64,000 nucleotides of DNA from Octopus sinensis. Its lineage: Eukaryota. Below, in pieces: positions 49,803 to 60,898 of this stretch (the stretch's first letter is position 1; every line of letters begins with the position of its first letter). Location: positions 85,250,001-85,314,000 of the forward strand of contig NC_043006.1 of assembly GCF_006345805.1 (NCBI RefSeq). The letters run 5' to 3'. Made by a program: the position numbers and the translations under genes. The notes beneath the pieces are model-generated. The model searched no databases and was not told where the DNA came from. It saw only the letters and a list, made by a program, of their open reading frames with translations.

Positions 49803-49883
49803 TTAAATCAGAAAGCGTCTGTCTACAAGTGTTTTCCTTGCAATGTTTTTCTTGCTTCCTCCTTGTCGTATGAGAGAAATAAG
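49803..49883 (-). CDS. TMEM67: TMEM67 (meckelin) terminal coding exon: LISLIRQGGSKKNIARKTLVDRRFLI*
   Basis: Minus-strand acceptor ccttttcgtttcAG; 81 nt ending in TAA (49805-49803). Matches the meckelin C-terminus [26 protein letters not shown]. Confidence 0.95.
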   Translation of the reverse strand, partial: LISLIRQGGSKKNIARKTLVDRRFLI

Positions 49884-50463
49884 CTGAAACGAAAAGGTTT
49901 ACATAATGTGATTGAAATATTTAGTGCATGTAAAATATGCTTTCATTTTTTTTTTTCTTCCATGCTAGCATGTGATAAGACAAATACTATTGAGGCAGTG
50001 CAAAACCTGTGATTACACTCAGATTTTAAACCCCATAATCATGCCATTGGGCTCACTTTTTAGGTGGTTACAAAGTTCCCTTCCCAACCACATGGTTTCA
50101 GGTTCAGTTCCACTGAGCATTATCTTAGACAAGTGTCTTTTTCCGTGGCCAATCAAAGAAGCCTTGTGAATAGATTTAGTAGATGGAAACTAAAAGTAGC
50201 CTCTTCGTGTATATTTGTTTACACTCAAGTTTCTCTGAAAAATCACTCAGCAGTTCATGAGGAAGTGACATTGTTGTCATTTCCTCAGCTGTGGCTTATC
50301 TGCTGACCATGTGGAATAAGAGATCCTTTGAAAAATAAGTGAAAGTTAAAAACAAGAAGAGCATTCAACTGTAAAAAAAAAAAAAATCAATGGCCTCAAT
50401 ATATTTATCTAACGCATGCTAGCATGAAAAAAACAAAACAGTCAAATGAAACAACACACACAT

Positions 50464-50676
50464 TCTTTTCTACTCTAGACACAAGGCCCGAAATTTTGGG
50501 GGAGAGGGCCAGTCGATTAGATCAATCCCAATATGCAACTGGTACTTAATTTATCGACCCCCGAAAGGATAAAAGGCAAAGTCGACCTCGGCGGAATTTG
50601 AACTCAGAACATAAAGACAGACAAACTACTGCTAAGCATTTTGCCTGGCATGCTAATGTTTCTGCCAGCTTGCCAC
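50464..50676 (-). mobile_element. SINE family A, young copy
   Basis: aggcaaagtcgacctcggcggaatttgaactcagaac (reverse complement of the family A core). Confidence 0.88.
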
Positions 50677-50704
50677 ATTACACACACGCATATATATTAC
50701 AAAG

Positions 50705-51034
50705 GTAAAGACCCCTTTCTGTCATGAATGACCATGGGATTGCGCCTAGAAAGTTCCTCTCCAAGGCACAAGTCTGGACAAGGTTGTTTATGGAAGACCA
50801 GCAGTAACCCATGCATACTGACCACCCCTCTCCACGCCACCAATGTTATCCAAGGGAACGGCAAAAGCTGATATAGCTTGGCACCAATGACAATGTACCT
50901 CATTTCTACAGCTGAGTGAACTGCAGCAACGTGAAATAAAGTGTCTCGCTCAAGAACACCACACACAGCCTGATCTAGGAATCAAACTCACTACTTTGTG
51001 ATTGTGAGCCCAGCACTAACCACTAAGCCATGCA
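50705..51034 (-). mobile_element. SINE family C
   Basis: Reverse complement of 24063-24392. Confidence 0.85.
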
Positions 51035-51377
51035 TATTCCAATTTTCTTAAAATATTGACATTATTACCCAAATCTTGAACAGTAAAATCTGATATTTAT
51101 CAGCACTTAAATGTGGATGTTCTGTTAGAACAAACTATACTGTGGTAGACATCTTGAGAGAAACTCTCATATTGGCATTTGGTGCAAAATGCATTCTTGT
51201 TTATTTATATCGCTAGTGGGGAGATAAATCCCTGCCATCTCCAAGAACTGAGACCACCAGAGCCTGTGATTTTGATCAGTAAATTCTCTGCTGGTTTTGA
51301 TGAAGTGCATTCATTTAGACAACCATCTCGATTCCTGCTTTTGAAATCAATGTGTTAACACCTGAATAGAGTAATCC

Positions 51378-51562
51378 ACTGCCGGTGGCACGTAAAAAGC
51401 ACCCACTACACTCACGGAGTGGTTGGTGTTAGGAAGGGCATCCACCTGTGGAAACACTGCCAGATCAGACTGGAGCCTGGTGCAGCCTCCTGGTTTCCCA
51501 GACCCTGGTCGAACCGTCCAACCCATGCTAGCACAGAAAACGGATGTTAAATGATGATGATT
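51378..51562 (+). mobile_element. RTE-tail element (family D)
   Basis: tgccggtggcacgtaaaaagcacccactacactcacggagtggttgg...ggatgttaaatgatgatgat. Confidence 0.85.
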
Positions 51563-51784
51563 CTTTAACATAATTCTTAGGTACAACTTAGAGAAGAGTA
51601 GGCAACAAAAGGTCGAACTGAAGGGCAAAAACAATATTTTCACATTTTCTGTAGCACTGATGAAGATAACCTGCGGGGAAATCTTTGGTTTTAGGCACGT
51701 ATATTTAGCAGGATTCATAATGAAACCATAACAATCGGGGGGGGGGGATACAAAAATAGCCTTGGACATCCTGAGTAAGCAAAA

Positions 51785-52165
51785 TGGCAGGTGTGACTGT
51801 GGTAAGAAGATTGCTTCCCAATTGCATGGTTCTGGGTTCAGTCTCACTGCGTGGCACTTTGGGCAAGTGTCTACTACTATAGCCTCAGGCCAACCAAAGC
51901 CTGGTGAGTGGATTTGGTAGACAGAAAGAAACTGAAAGAAGCCCATCATGTATGTTTGTGTTTGTCCCCTGCCACCGCTTGACAACTGATGTTGGTGTGT
52001 TTAGGTCCACCGTAACTTAGTGGTTTAGCATAACAGACAAATAGAATCAGTAGCAGGCTTTTTAAAAAAATAAGACCTGGGGGTCAATTTGTTTGGTTAA
52101 AACACTTGAAGGCAGTGGCCCAGCATGCCTGCAGTAAAATGACCAAAACAAGTAAAAGATAAATA
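51785..52165 (+). mobile_element. SINE family B
   Basis: Same structure as 21119-21510. Confidence 0.85.
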
Positions 52166-53779
52166 CAAAGAAGTCACTTATCAAATGTCATTATGACAGA
52201 TTTCACAAGACTGAGAGGTCACAGCTCTGGTACTATGAACATGTGGTTAGAATGTGGTACTATGAACATGTGGCAAGAAAGGATCACCATGACAGATTCT
52301 TCAAGCTGAGCCAACCAGCAAGGAACTTAGTGGTAGACCTACGAGCAAGATGGCTGCATTTTGTCCACGGTCTCACTTGGTTATGCTTCGACTTGGAAAT
52401 CTAACAGGAAAGATTAACTCTTCAGCATTTAAACTGGCGAGATCCGGCCAAAATATACTGCCTGTTATATAGTTAAACTGGCCAGATCCAGCCTCTCCCA
52501 CTTACCCTACAATGTCATTCTAAGAATAAACAATCACATCACTGAAATCTTGAAGCTACGAGATAATGCATGACTAATTCAAAACAATGTGACTAAATAA
52601 GCATTACACTTCACAGAGTAACCCGAATGCTAAAAAGTTAATGACAGTTGTTTCTGGACAGGACCAAATGAAGGAGGTGCCTGAGGACTCTACGACTCTT
52701 CCAGGAATAGTATGCATTGAAAATGTAGAGATAGATTTCACTTTTAAATTTGCTGAACAACCTAATTTCAGTAATTTTACACCAGCATTATAAAAGGAAT
52801 CTATGCATGCATGTGTGTGTGTATGTAGATATGTGTGTGTGTGTGTGTAGATATATATATATGTGTGTGTGTAGATATATATGTATGTACAAGAGAGTAC
52901 TGAAAAGTTCTTAACTTTAAAGAGTATTGCAAAAGGCTTGGTTGGAGACCCAACCTTCCAAATTCTTTTACAGGGCCGAGATAAACTGAAGGACCACTAC
53001 ACGTCTTCATGTGTATTTGCTAATAATAAATAAAAGCCTCTACTTCACTTGAAGTACATTGTACATCACTTTTCACTTTTCCATGCTGGCATGGTTTGGC
53101 TGGAGTTTGTTGTGGCTGATATTTTACAGCCAGATGTCCTTTCTATTGCCAACCATCACCTGTTTCCAAGTAAGGTAATATTTCCCCCCCATGGCCAGAC
53201 ATGTTTATATGGAAGACTGGAAACAATGGGCATCATTTGTATGATCATGGTACTCTTTTACAACTATCATGTGATGTCAAAACAAAGAGACCCTAACACA
53301 CATACACCTGCGCAAGCATATACATGTATATACATATGTGTGTTTGTGCCTCCTTGTCTTCGCATTACATGATAGTTGTAAATGAGTGTCACTGTCATAC
53401 AAGCAGTGTCATTCATTTCCAATATTCTGTGAGAACATGTCTAGATGTGGGGGAACATTACCTTGCTTCAAAAGCTAATGAGGGTTGGCAACAAGAAGGG
53501 CATCTGACCATAGAAAATCTCCCTCCAATAAACTTTGTCCAACCCTTGCAAGCACAGAAAAATGGACATTAAACGATGATGATGATCATCATCGTTTAAT
53601 GTCCGCCTTCCATGATGGCATGGGTTGGACGGTTTGACTGAGGGTTGGCAAACCAGAAGAATATACCAGGCTCCAATCTGATCTGGCAAGGTTTCTACAG
53701 CTGCATGCTCTTCTTGAACCACATTTAAGTGCAATGGGTACACATTCACATTTCAGTTACACCAATGCCTCCTCCCATC

Positions 53780-55625
53780 CTCATGCTCAACTGAAAGAAT
53801 GGAAGGCAAAGTCAGCCATGGTGGAATTTGAATTCAGAACAAAGAACCAAACAAAACTACTGCTAAGCATTTTGTCCAATACATTAACAGTTCTGCCAGC
53901 TCACCACCTTACAAATATATTAATATTATTCAGAGCAGAGTGCTGGCCTGAATTGTTAGCTTGCAGCACAAAATGCTTAGTGGCACTTCGTCCATCTTCA
54001 CATTCTCACTTCAAATGCCACCAAGGTTGACTTATCTTTTCAGGTGAAATTTGAAATACTGTTTCCAAATTTTGGCACATGGCCAGCAATTTGGAGGAGG
54101 GCGTAAATCAATTATATCAACCCAAGTGTTCAACTGTTACTTATTTTATCAAGCCCGAAAGGATGAAAGGCAAAGTCAACCTCAGCAGAATTTGAACTCA
54201 GAATGTAAAGATGGACGAAATGTTGCTAAGTATTTTGCCCAGCATGCTAACAATTCTGCCAGCTCACCACCTTAAAATAATAATAATAATAACAACAATA
54301 ATAAATGCCCTGATGCAGTACCAGGCAGTGGTTCTTGTGGCTTCTGATCTTAACTGATTGGAAGTGTTATCATGTACATTGTTTTGTCTTGGTATAAAAG
54401 ATGGGCTACAGCAAATATTCTGCTCAATACCACAGATTTGCTTGTCAGTTGTTTGACCTTAACCAGTTGACCATGTCCCTTAGTGGCTGACAATATGTGC
54501 ATCTCTGATCATGAGCAGAAGTAGTGGGGGAGCATCATAGCCATGTATTGAGAGGGATTCTTTGGGGTTTGAATAGTTCACATCTGGAAACATGGGCGTT
54601 TCGTTCAACATCCTTTAACAACCCTTATTCAGGGACATTTTGAGTGGGATGGGTTACTCAACCAGAAGAAAATTCTAACTGGGCCCCACCTGCAAGGTCA
54701 TGCGCTGTTGTGATGTATGTACCCTTATCAGACGGGTAGTCATGATGGGTATACTGGGCTTCGTATATTTTACCCCAGTGTCACTTTGATGGCATGCACT
54801 GCTCTCTCACTCAATAATAATTATAATAATAATAATCCTTTCAATTATAGGATGAAAAGCAAAGTCAACCTCAGTGAAATTTTAACTCAGAATGTAAAGA
54901 TAGACGAATTGCAGCTAAGCATTTTGCCTGATGAGCTAATGATTCTAGCAGCTTGCAGCCTTAACGACGATGATGATGGTTTTAAATTTTAGCACAAAGC
55001 CAGTATCTTTGGGGGAGGGTAAATTGATTATATTGACCCAAGAGTTCAACTGGTACTTATTTTACTGATGCCAAAAAGATGAAGGGCAAATCAACCTCAG
55101 CGGAATTTGAACTCAGAACATAAAAACAGAGAAAATGCCATTAAGCATTCTGCCCAGCATGCAAACAATTCTGCCAGTTCAACACCTTAACATAATAATA
55201 ATAATAATAATAGTTTCAAATTTTGGCACAAGGCCAGCAATTTCAGGGTAGTGGGGTGAGTTGAATACATCAACCCCAGTACTCAACTGGTACTTATTTT
55301 ATCAACCCAGAAAGGATGAAAGGCAAAGTCAACCTCAGCAGAATTTGAACTCAGGATGTAAAGACAAAATGCTGCCAAGCATTCTGCCAGCTCACCACCT
55401 TAAAATAATAATAATATAATAATAATAATAGTTTCAAATTTTGGCACAAGGCCAGCAATTTCAGGGTAGTGGGGTGAGTTGAATACATCAACCCCAGTAC
55501 TCAACTGGTACTTATTTTATCAACCCAGAAAGGATGAAAGGCAAAGTCAACCTCAGCAGAATTTGAACTCAGGATGTAAAGACAAAATGCTGCCAAGCAT
55601 TCTGCCAGCTCACCACCTTAAAATA
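53780..55625 (-). mobile_element. Array of about seven SINE family A copies separated by (AAT)n/(GAT)n, containing copy 2 of the (TAA)n-embedded element (54303-54813)
   Basis: Repeated aaggatgaaaggcaaagtcaacctcagcagaatttgaactcag; exact 218-bp tandem pair starting at 55213 and 55431. Confidence 0.88.
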
Positions 55626-55750
55626 ATAATAATAATAATAATAATAATAACTGGACTCTCTTATCACTTTCATGAACAAAGGTTCAGCAAAAAACAAAAC
55701 TAGTAATGATGATGATGATGATGATGATAAAGCTCATAGTACCAACTTAC

Positions 55751-55893
55751 TGAATATCCAACATAAGTGAGAGCAGCTGCCAAGATGAAGTTCTGCCAAA
55801 TAAGATCAACTACATTGAAGAGAAGGATTTCAAATTGCACTAACAGAATTTCATGACCATAGAAGAGGAGACGATCAAAGGAATGACCATTAT
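55751..55893 (-). CDS. TMEM67: TMEM67 coding exon: (D)NGHSFDRLLFYGHEILLVQFEILLFNVVDLIWQNFILAAALTYVGYS (transmembrane segment)
   Basis: Acceptor tttttttccAG, donor TCA|GTAAGT. 143 nt, phase 1/0. Matches meckelin [44 protein letters not shown]. Confidence 0.95.
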
Positions 55894-56032
55894 CTGGAAA
55901 AAAAGAAAAAAAAGAAGAGTGAATTGATAACAGAAATAGACTAAAGTAAATGTGTTATTGTGTTGAGTTTTTATCTTTGCACCTTGCATTCAAACCCCTC
56001 TCGGAGGCTGCATTTGCCTGTCATCTTTCATA

Positions 56033-56410
56033 GACTTGACTTGAGAAAGCATTCACCCAGGGTGGGTTGAGCTGGCCTCATTCATCCTCAATGCTGCATC
56101 TCTCACAAACGCCAACCAGATCTGGCGATTTGAGGCTAACAAACGCGTGATCTCCAACCACTCCTTATTCCAGCAGCGAACACCGTAGATATGGGGGCAT
56201 AGGTTGGGTTCCAGATCAGCCTTGACTGTCAGCAGTCATGTTTTTCGTTGTCCACCATATTGCTTTCGCCAACCCTGAGGGGGAGCTGGGGCAATTGCTT
56301 CGTAGATGAATTATCCTGGTTGACGACTGTTGGTCACAACTTTTCCATCAAGGATCTAGATTACGTCAACCAGGAGATCTTCCATAGAGGACAATGTAAC
56401 TGATTGTGTC
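56033..56410 (-). mobile_element. 5'-truncated RTE-clade LINE 3' end with (CAAGT)n tail
   Basis: Minus-strand PPQGWRKQYGGQRKT*LLTVKADLEP...YGVRCWNKEWL...LASNRQIWLAFVRDA...HPG*; stop at 56055-56053; tail ctcaagtcaagtc. Confidence 0.8.
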
Positions 56411-56619
56411 CCACCTTCTATACCTAAACTTGTATCCAAGTAAACATTATTTACTTAGATACAAGGTTAGGATTTTGTCAATGACATCAACAACCCCAGT
56501 ACTTTTATCTTTTTTTTTTAAAAGTTTGGTGCTTATTTTATAAGTGTCTTTTGCCAAAGCACTAAGTTAAAGAGACGTAAGTAAACCAAAACCAGTGGGT
56601 AGGACACACACATACATAC

Positions 56620-57003
56620 GTGGCTGTGATAAGAAGCTTGGTTCCCAATCACATGGTCCTGGGTTCAGTCACACTGTCTGGGACTTTGGGCAAGTGTCTA
56701 CTACTATAGCCTCAAGCCAACCAAAGCCTTATGAGAGGATATGGTAGACGGAAACTGAAAGAAACCTGTCGTGTGTGTGTATATATATGTGTGTGTGTCT
56801 GTATTTGTCTCCGCCCCCCATCACTGCTTGATAGCTGATACTGGTGTGTTTACATCCCTATAACTTAGCAGTTCAGCAAAAGACACCGATAGAATAAGTA
56901 ATAAGCTTTAAAAAATAAGTCCTGGGATCGATTTGTTTGACTAAAATCCTTCAAAGTGGTGCTCCAGCATGGCTGCAGCCAAATGACTGAAACAAATAAA
57001 AGA

Positions 57004-57005
<2 letters not shown>
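56620..57005 (+). mobile_element. SINE family B
   Basis: Same structure as 21119-21510; a second partial copy follows at about 57040-57180. Confidence 0.85.
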
Positions 57006-57038
<33 letters not shown>

Positions 57039-57232
57039 CAGGTATGGTTGTGTGATTAAGAAGCTAGCTGGTTTCAAGGTCAGTCCCACTGTTTGGCACT
57101 TTGGACAAGCATCTTCTATTACAGCCTTGAGTTGACCAATGCCTTTTGAGTTAATTTGGTAGATGGACACTAAGTCCATCGTGTATTAGGGGAGCTGATC
57201 TTGTGCTATATGATGAAAGATTAGAGTGTGAC

Positions 57233-57263
<31 letters not shown>

Positions 57264-58218
57264 GGTGTCTTGCTACAGAGAAGGTACATGGCTACCCAGC
57301 CAAAAGAAAGGGAGAGTGGTCACAAGAAAGAGGACAGAAACAAGTGTACTGCTGTAGAGGAGAGACATAGTTTACCCAACGAGAGAGAAGGGCAAGGGAA
57401 AAAGAGAGAGACAATAAGCATGCAAGAGAGAGAAGGTGAGTGATGATAATGAAGTACCAGGGTATCGTACTAGTATTTTTTATAACAAACTTTGTAAAGA
57501 CGAAAGGCAAACTTCTCAAAGCAATGAACTAAATGTTTGTTTCAAATGAAAATGAATTCAGAAGTGAAGCAGTCAAGTCTGTGCTGAGGAATTTAGAATG
57601 GAGGTTAACACCTCCACAGCAAAAATTAGACGCGCGAAGATTTAGTCACACAACGGAAAAATATTTTCCTGCCCCGGATATCAAACGCACAGAAGTAAAA
57701 TTCAGTTTTTTTCCCCCCGTAACAAAAATTTAATAGGGGAGATAATTTTGAGATTCTAAGGGAGGCAACTTCCCTTTTGTGTGTACATGCGTGAGTGTTA
57801 TCAAGATTTGTAGTTTTGATTCAAATTTTTAAGTAGGTGGTTCTTGGCTTGAATTTTTATCTATAAAATTAGCCGCAATAATTAATTTAAAATGTATTTT
57901 CCCTTGCAATTAAAATAGGGCAAATACAGTAATGTACTTTTTTCCACATGACAAAATATCATAACCCACTTTTGACCTATTTTGGTATAACTTCACACAT
58001 AAAATTATAAGAGTTATTATCTCAATGTCCCCATAGCCCGACCAATTAGTGGTAATTAAGAACTTTGAAGGCCTACCTTTTTCTTTTTCTATAAAGCATC
58101 GTGTGTAATAGGTTAGCTAAGTGGATGCGAGTTCAGTTCCTGCATCACTCAAGCAACATAAACTCTGATTCAAAAGAAACTAGCAAGTGACTAAGCACTT
58201 TTTACCTTTTATTTTTTA

Positions 58219-59352
58219 ACTAGCTGACCCCGTGCGGTCAAATTTGACAGCTAATTGTAGTATTTTATATATAAATATGGATGGTGAATCAAATTAATAC
58301 ACTTGTCAATGTTATCTAGTAGTTGTCTTTTGAGATGTGACATGATCATTGTTTGTTACCTACAGAATGCTGGTTCACACATACATTCACATACTTCCCT
58401 TGTCACACACACTCCCACAGAGTTGAAATGCTGCTTGATTTTCCTTTCCCGGATCGAATGTTCACCATCCCACTTCCATTGCACACCAGTTTGTCATCAC
58501 CCCTTCCTTTCTCATTCATATGTTGTGACAGAGAAAAACACGAGTATTATTATAGTATTCACGTTGCTCCAGTCCACTCAGCTGGCAAAAATAACGCTGC
58601 GATGGACTGGCATCTCGTCCAACTGGGGAACACATACGCCATTGAAATCGGGCCCATGAGCTTGGCTAGGCTTTAAAAGGGCACATTTATTTTTATTATA
58701 TTATTATAGTGGAAGACCATCTGGCCCCATGCCATCAAAAATAATGGCTAACTGTAATATTTTGTATATAAATAAGGTACAAAACCAAGCTTTTAGTTTG
58801 ATAATTCTTTTATTACCAAATTTATAATATACCTTTCAACTGCAGTCGTTTTTTATTCTTGAGTTTGTATATGTTTGTGTGTGCGATTGTAATAATTATT
58901 TTTAACAAAACAGATAGAATATGAATGGTAGATCAAATTAATACTCTTTTAATAATGAAATTATTGTATACGGTGCTCAGGTACACCACAACTTGTCAAT
59001 ATTATCTAGTGGTTGTCTTTTGAGATGTGGCATCAATCATCATTTGTTACCTAAATAACGCTGGCTCACATTCACATACTTCCCTTGTACACGCACACAT
59101 ATACATACATACACTCACACAATGCTGTTTGATTTTTCTTTTCAACATTGGATGTTCACCATCCTACTTCCATTTCACACACACACACCTCCCTTTTACA
59201 CACACACACACACACACACACTCCTCACACAGAGTTGAAACGCTCCCACCACCAGTTTGCCATCACCCCTTCCTTCCTTATTCATCTATCACCCCTTCCT
59301 TTCTCATTCATATGTTGTGACAGAGAAGAACACAAGAGTATTATTATAGTAG
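58219..59352 (-). mobile_element. Two head-to-tail diverged Helitron-like copies; copy 1 carries a SINE fragment (58557-58698) with a 12-bp TSD
   Basis: Minus-strand 5' TCTACTATAATAATAC (59352 end) and 3' hairpin TGACC..GGTCA + CTAGT (58219-58240). Blocks 58296-58556 and 58991-59348 are homologous. TSD TATTATTATAGT at 58545-56 and 58699-710. Confidence 0.6.
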
Positions 59353-59730
59353 AAGATTGTTTCAGTCATTGTTTCAGCCATGCTGGGGTACCGTTCCGAA
59401 GAATTTCCAGTCAACTGAATCAACCCCAGTACTTATTATTTCGTTAAGTCTGGTACTTATTCTGTCGTTTCCATTTAGCTGAACCACTAAGTTATGAGGA
59501 TGTAAACACACCAACACTGATTATCAAGCAGTGATGAGGGAAAAACACCGACACAAAGATGCACATGCACGCACATACATACATATATGTATGTATATAT
59601 GACAGGCTTCTTTCACTTTCCTTCTACCAAATCCCAAAGCTATAACAATAGGCACTTGTCTAAGGTGCCACGCAGTGACTGTGGTTGGAAAGTAAGCTTC
59701 TTACCACACAACCACACTTGTGCTTATATA

Positions 59731-60085
59731 TACTCTTTACTCTCTTTTACTCTTTTACTTGTTTCAGTCATTTGACTGTGGCCATGCTGGAGCACCGCCT
59801 TTAGTCGAGCAAATCGACCCCAGGACTTACACACACACACACACACACACGTGTGTGTGTGTGCATATACTTGTGTGTGTCTGTGTTTGTCCCCCCAACA
59901 TCGCTTGACAACCGATGCTGGTGTGTTTACATCCCCGTAACTTAGCAGTTCGGCAAAAGAGACCGATAGAATAAATATACATAGAATAAGTCCTGGGGTC
60001 GATTTGCTCGATTAAAGGCGGTGCTCCAGCATGGCCACAGTCAAATGACTGAAACAAGCAAAAGAATAAAAGAGAGTAAAGAGTA
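59731..60085. repeat. Inverted pair of SINE family B 3' ends (99-bp arms, 3 mismatches)
   Basis: 59731-59829 is the reverse complement of 59987-60085. Confidence 0.9.
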
Positions 60086-60447
60086 CCGTTATACAAATCA
60101 GATTATTGGATTTTGTTATACACCGCCAGTCACAATGCATTTCCTTGCATTACTGTAGCTTTCAAATGATGCCACTCTACTGGCTAGGAAGCCAAGCCAA
60201 CATTTCCTTTGAACAGAATGCTATTCTGTCACAAAGTTACTAATTTACAGCTGAGTGGACTGGAGCGATGTGAAACGAAGTGCTTTTGCCCAAGAACAAA
60301 TCAGCATCATTTAATGTTCATTTTTCACACTAGCACAGGCAGGAAGGTTTGATAGGGGCTGGACCACACCAGGTTGCATGGTCTGTTTTAGCTTGGTTTC
60401 TCTAGCTGGATACCCTTCCTAACACCAACCACTTTACAGAGTATACA

Positions 60448-60681
60448 GGGTGCTTTTTGTGTGGCACCAGCACCAGTGCATTTTATGTGGAACTGTCACA
60501 GGTGCTCTTTATGTGATGCTGTTACAGGTGCTCTTTATATAGTGCCGATACAGATGCAGTTTATGTGGCACTAGCACAGGATCTCTGTACATGGTGCCAG
60601 CACAGGTGCTCTGTATGAGGCACTGGCACAGGTGCTCTTACATGCTGCCAGCACAGGTGCTTTTTACATGGCACCAGTACC
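60448..60681. repeat. ~26-bp minisatellite (about 9 units, cacaggtgctctttatgtggcactg) inside a reverse family D element
   Basis: acaggtgctct recurs every 25-27 nt. Confidence 0.85.
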
Positions 60682-60795
60682 AATCATGTGTGCAACACCA
60701 TACATAACCTCTACCCTACACATCTTCACATATATAAATGTTAATATATAAAAAAAATTAAATCAAAGACAAACAACAGGAAAATCCTACATTAC

Positions 60796-60898
60796 CGTTG
60801 TAAAATATTCCTTGAATAGATGTATCAATAAACTCGGCATTCAACACATTTTCCAAGAATGTTTTGTCTTTCACAGAATAGTCAGCATCTTTCAAAGA
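60796..60898 (-). CDS. TMEM67: TMEM67 coding exon: SLKDADYSVKDKTFLENVLNAEFIDTSIQGIFYN
   Basis: Acceptor gtcttttgtttAG, donor ACG|GTAATG. 103 nt, phase 0/1. Matches [35 protein letters not shown]. Confidence 0.95.

Noticed and set aside
51347-51985. 212-aa minus-strand ORF
   Set aside because: It is stitched from antisense family B and family D repeats.
60448-60681. Regularly spaced repeats superficially like a CRISPR array (also 38905-39085 and 55213-55640)
   Set aside because: Contiguous tandem units with no unique spacers, no cas genes, and a eukaryotic intron context.
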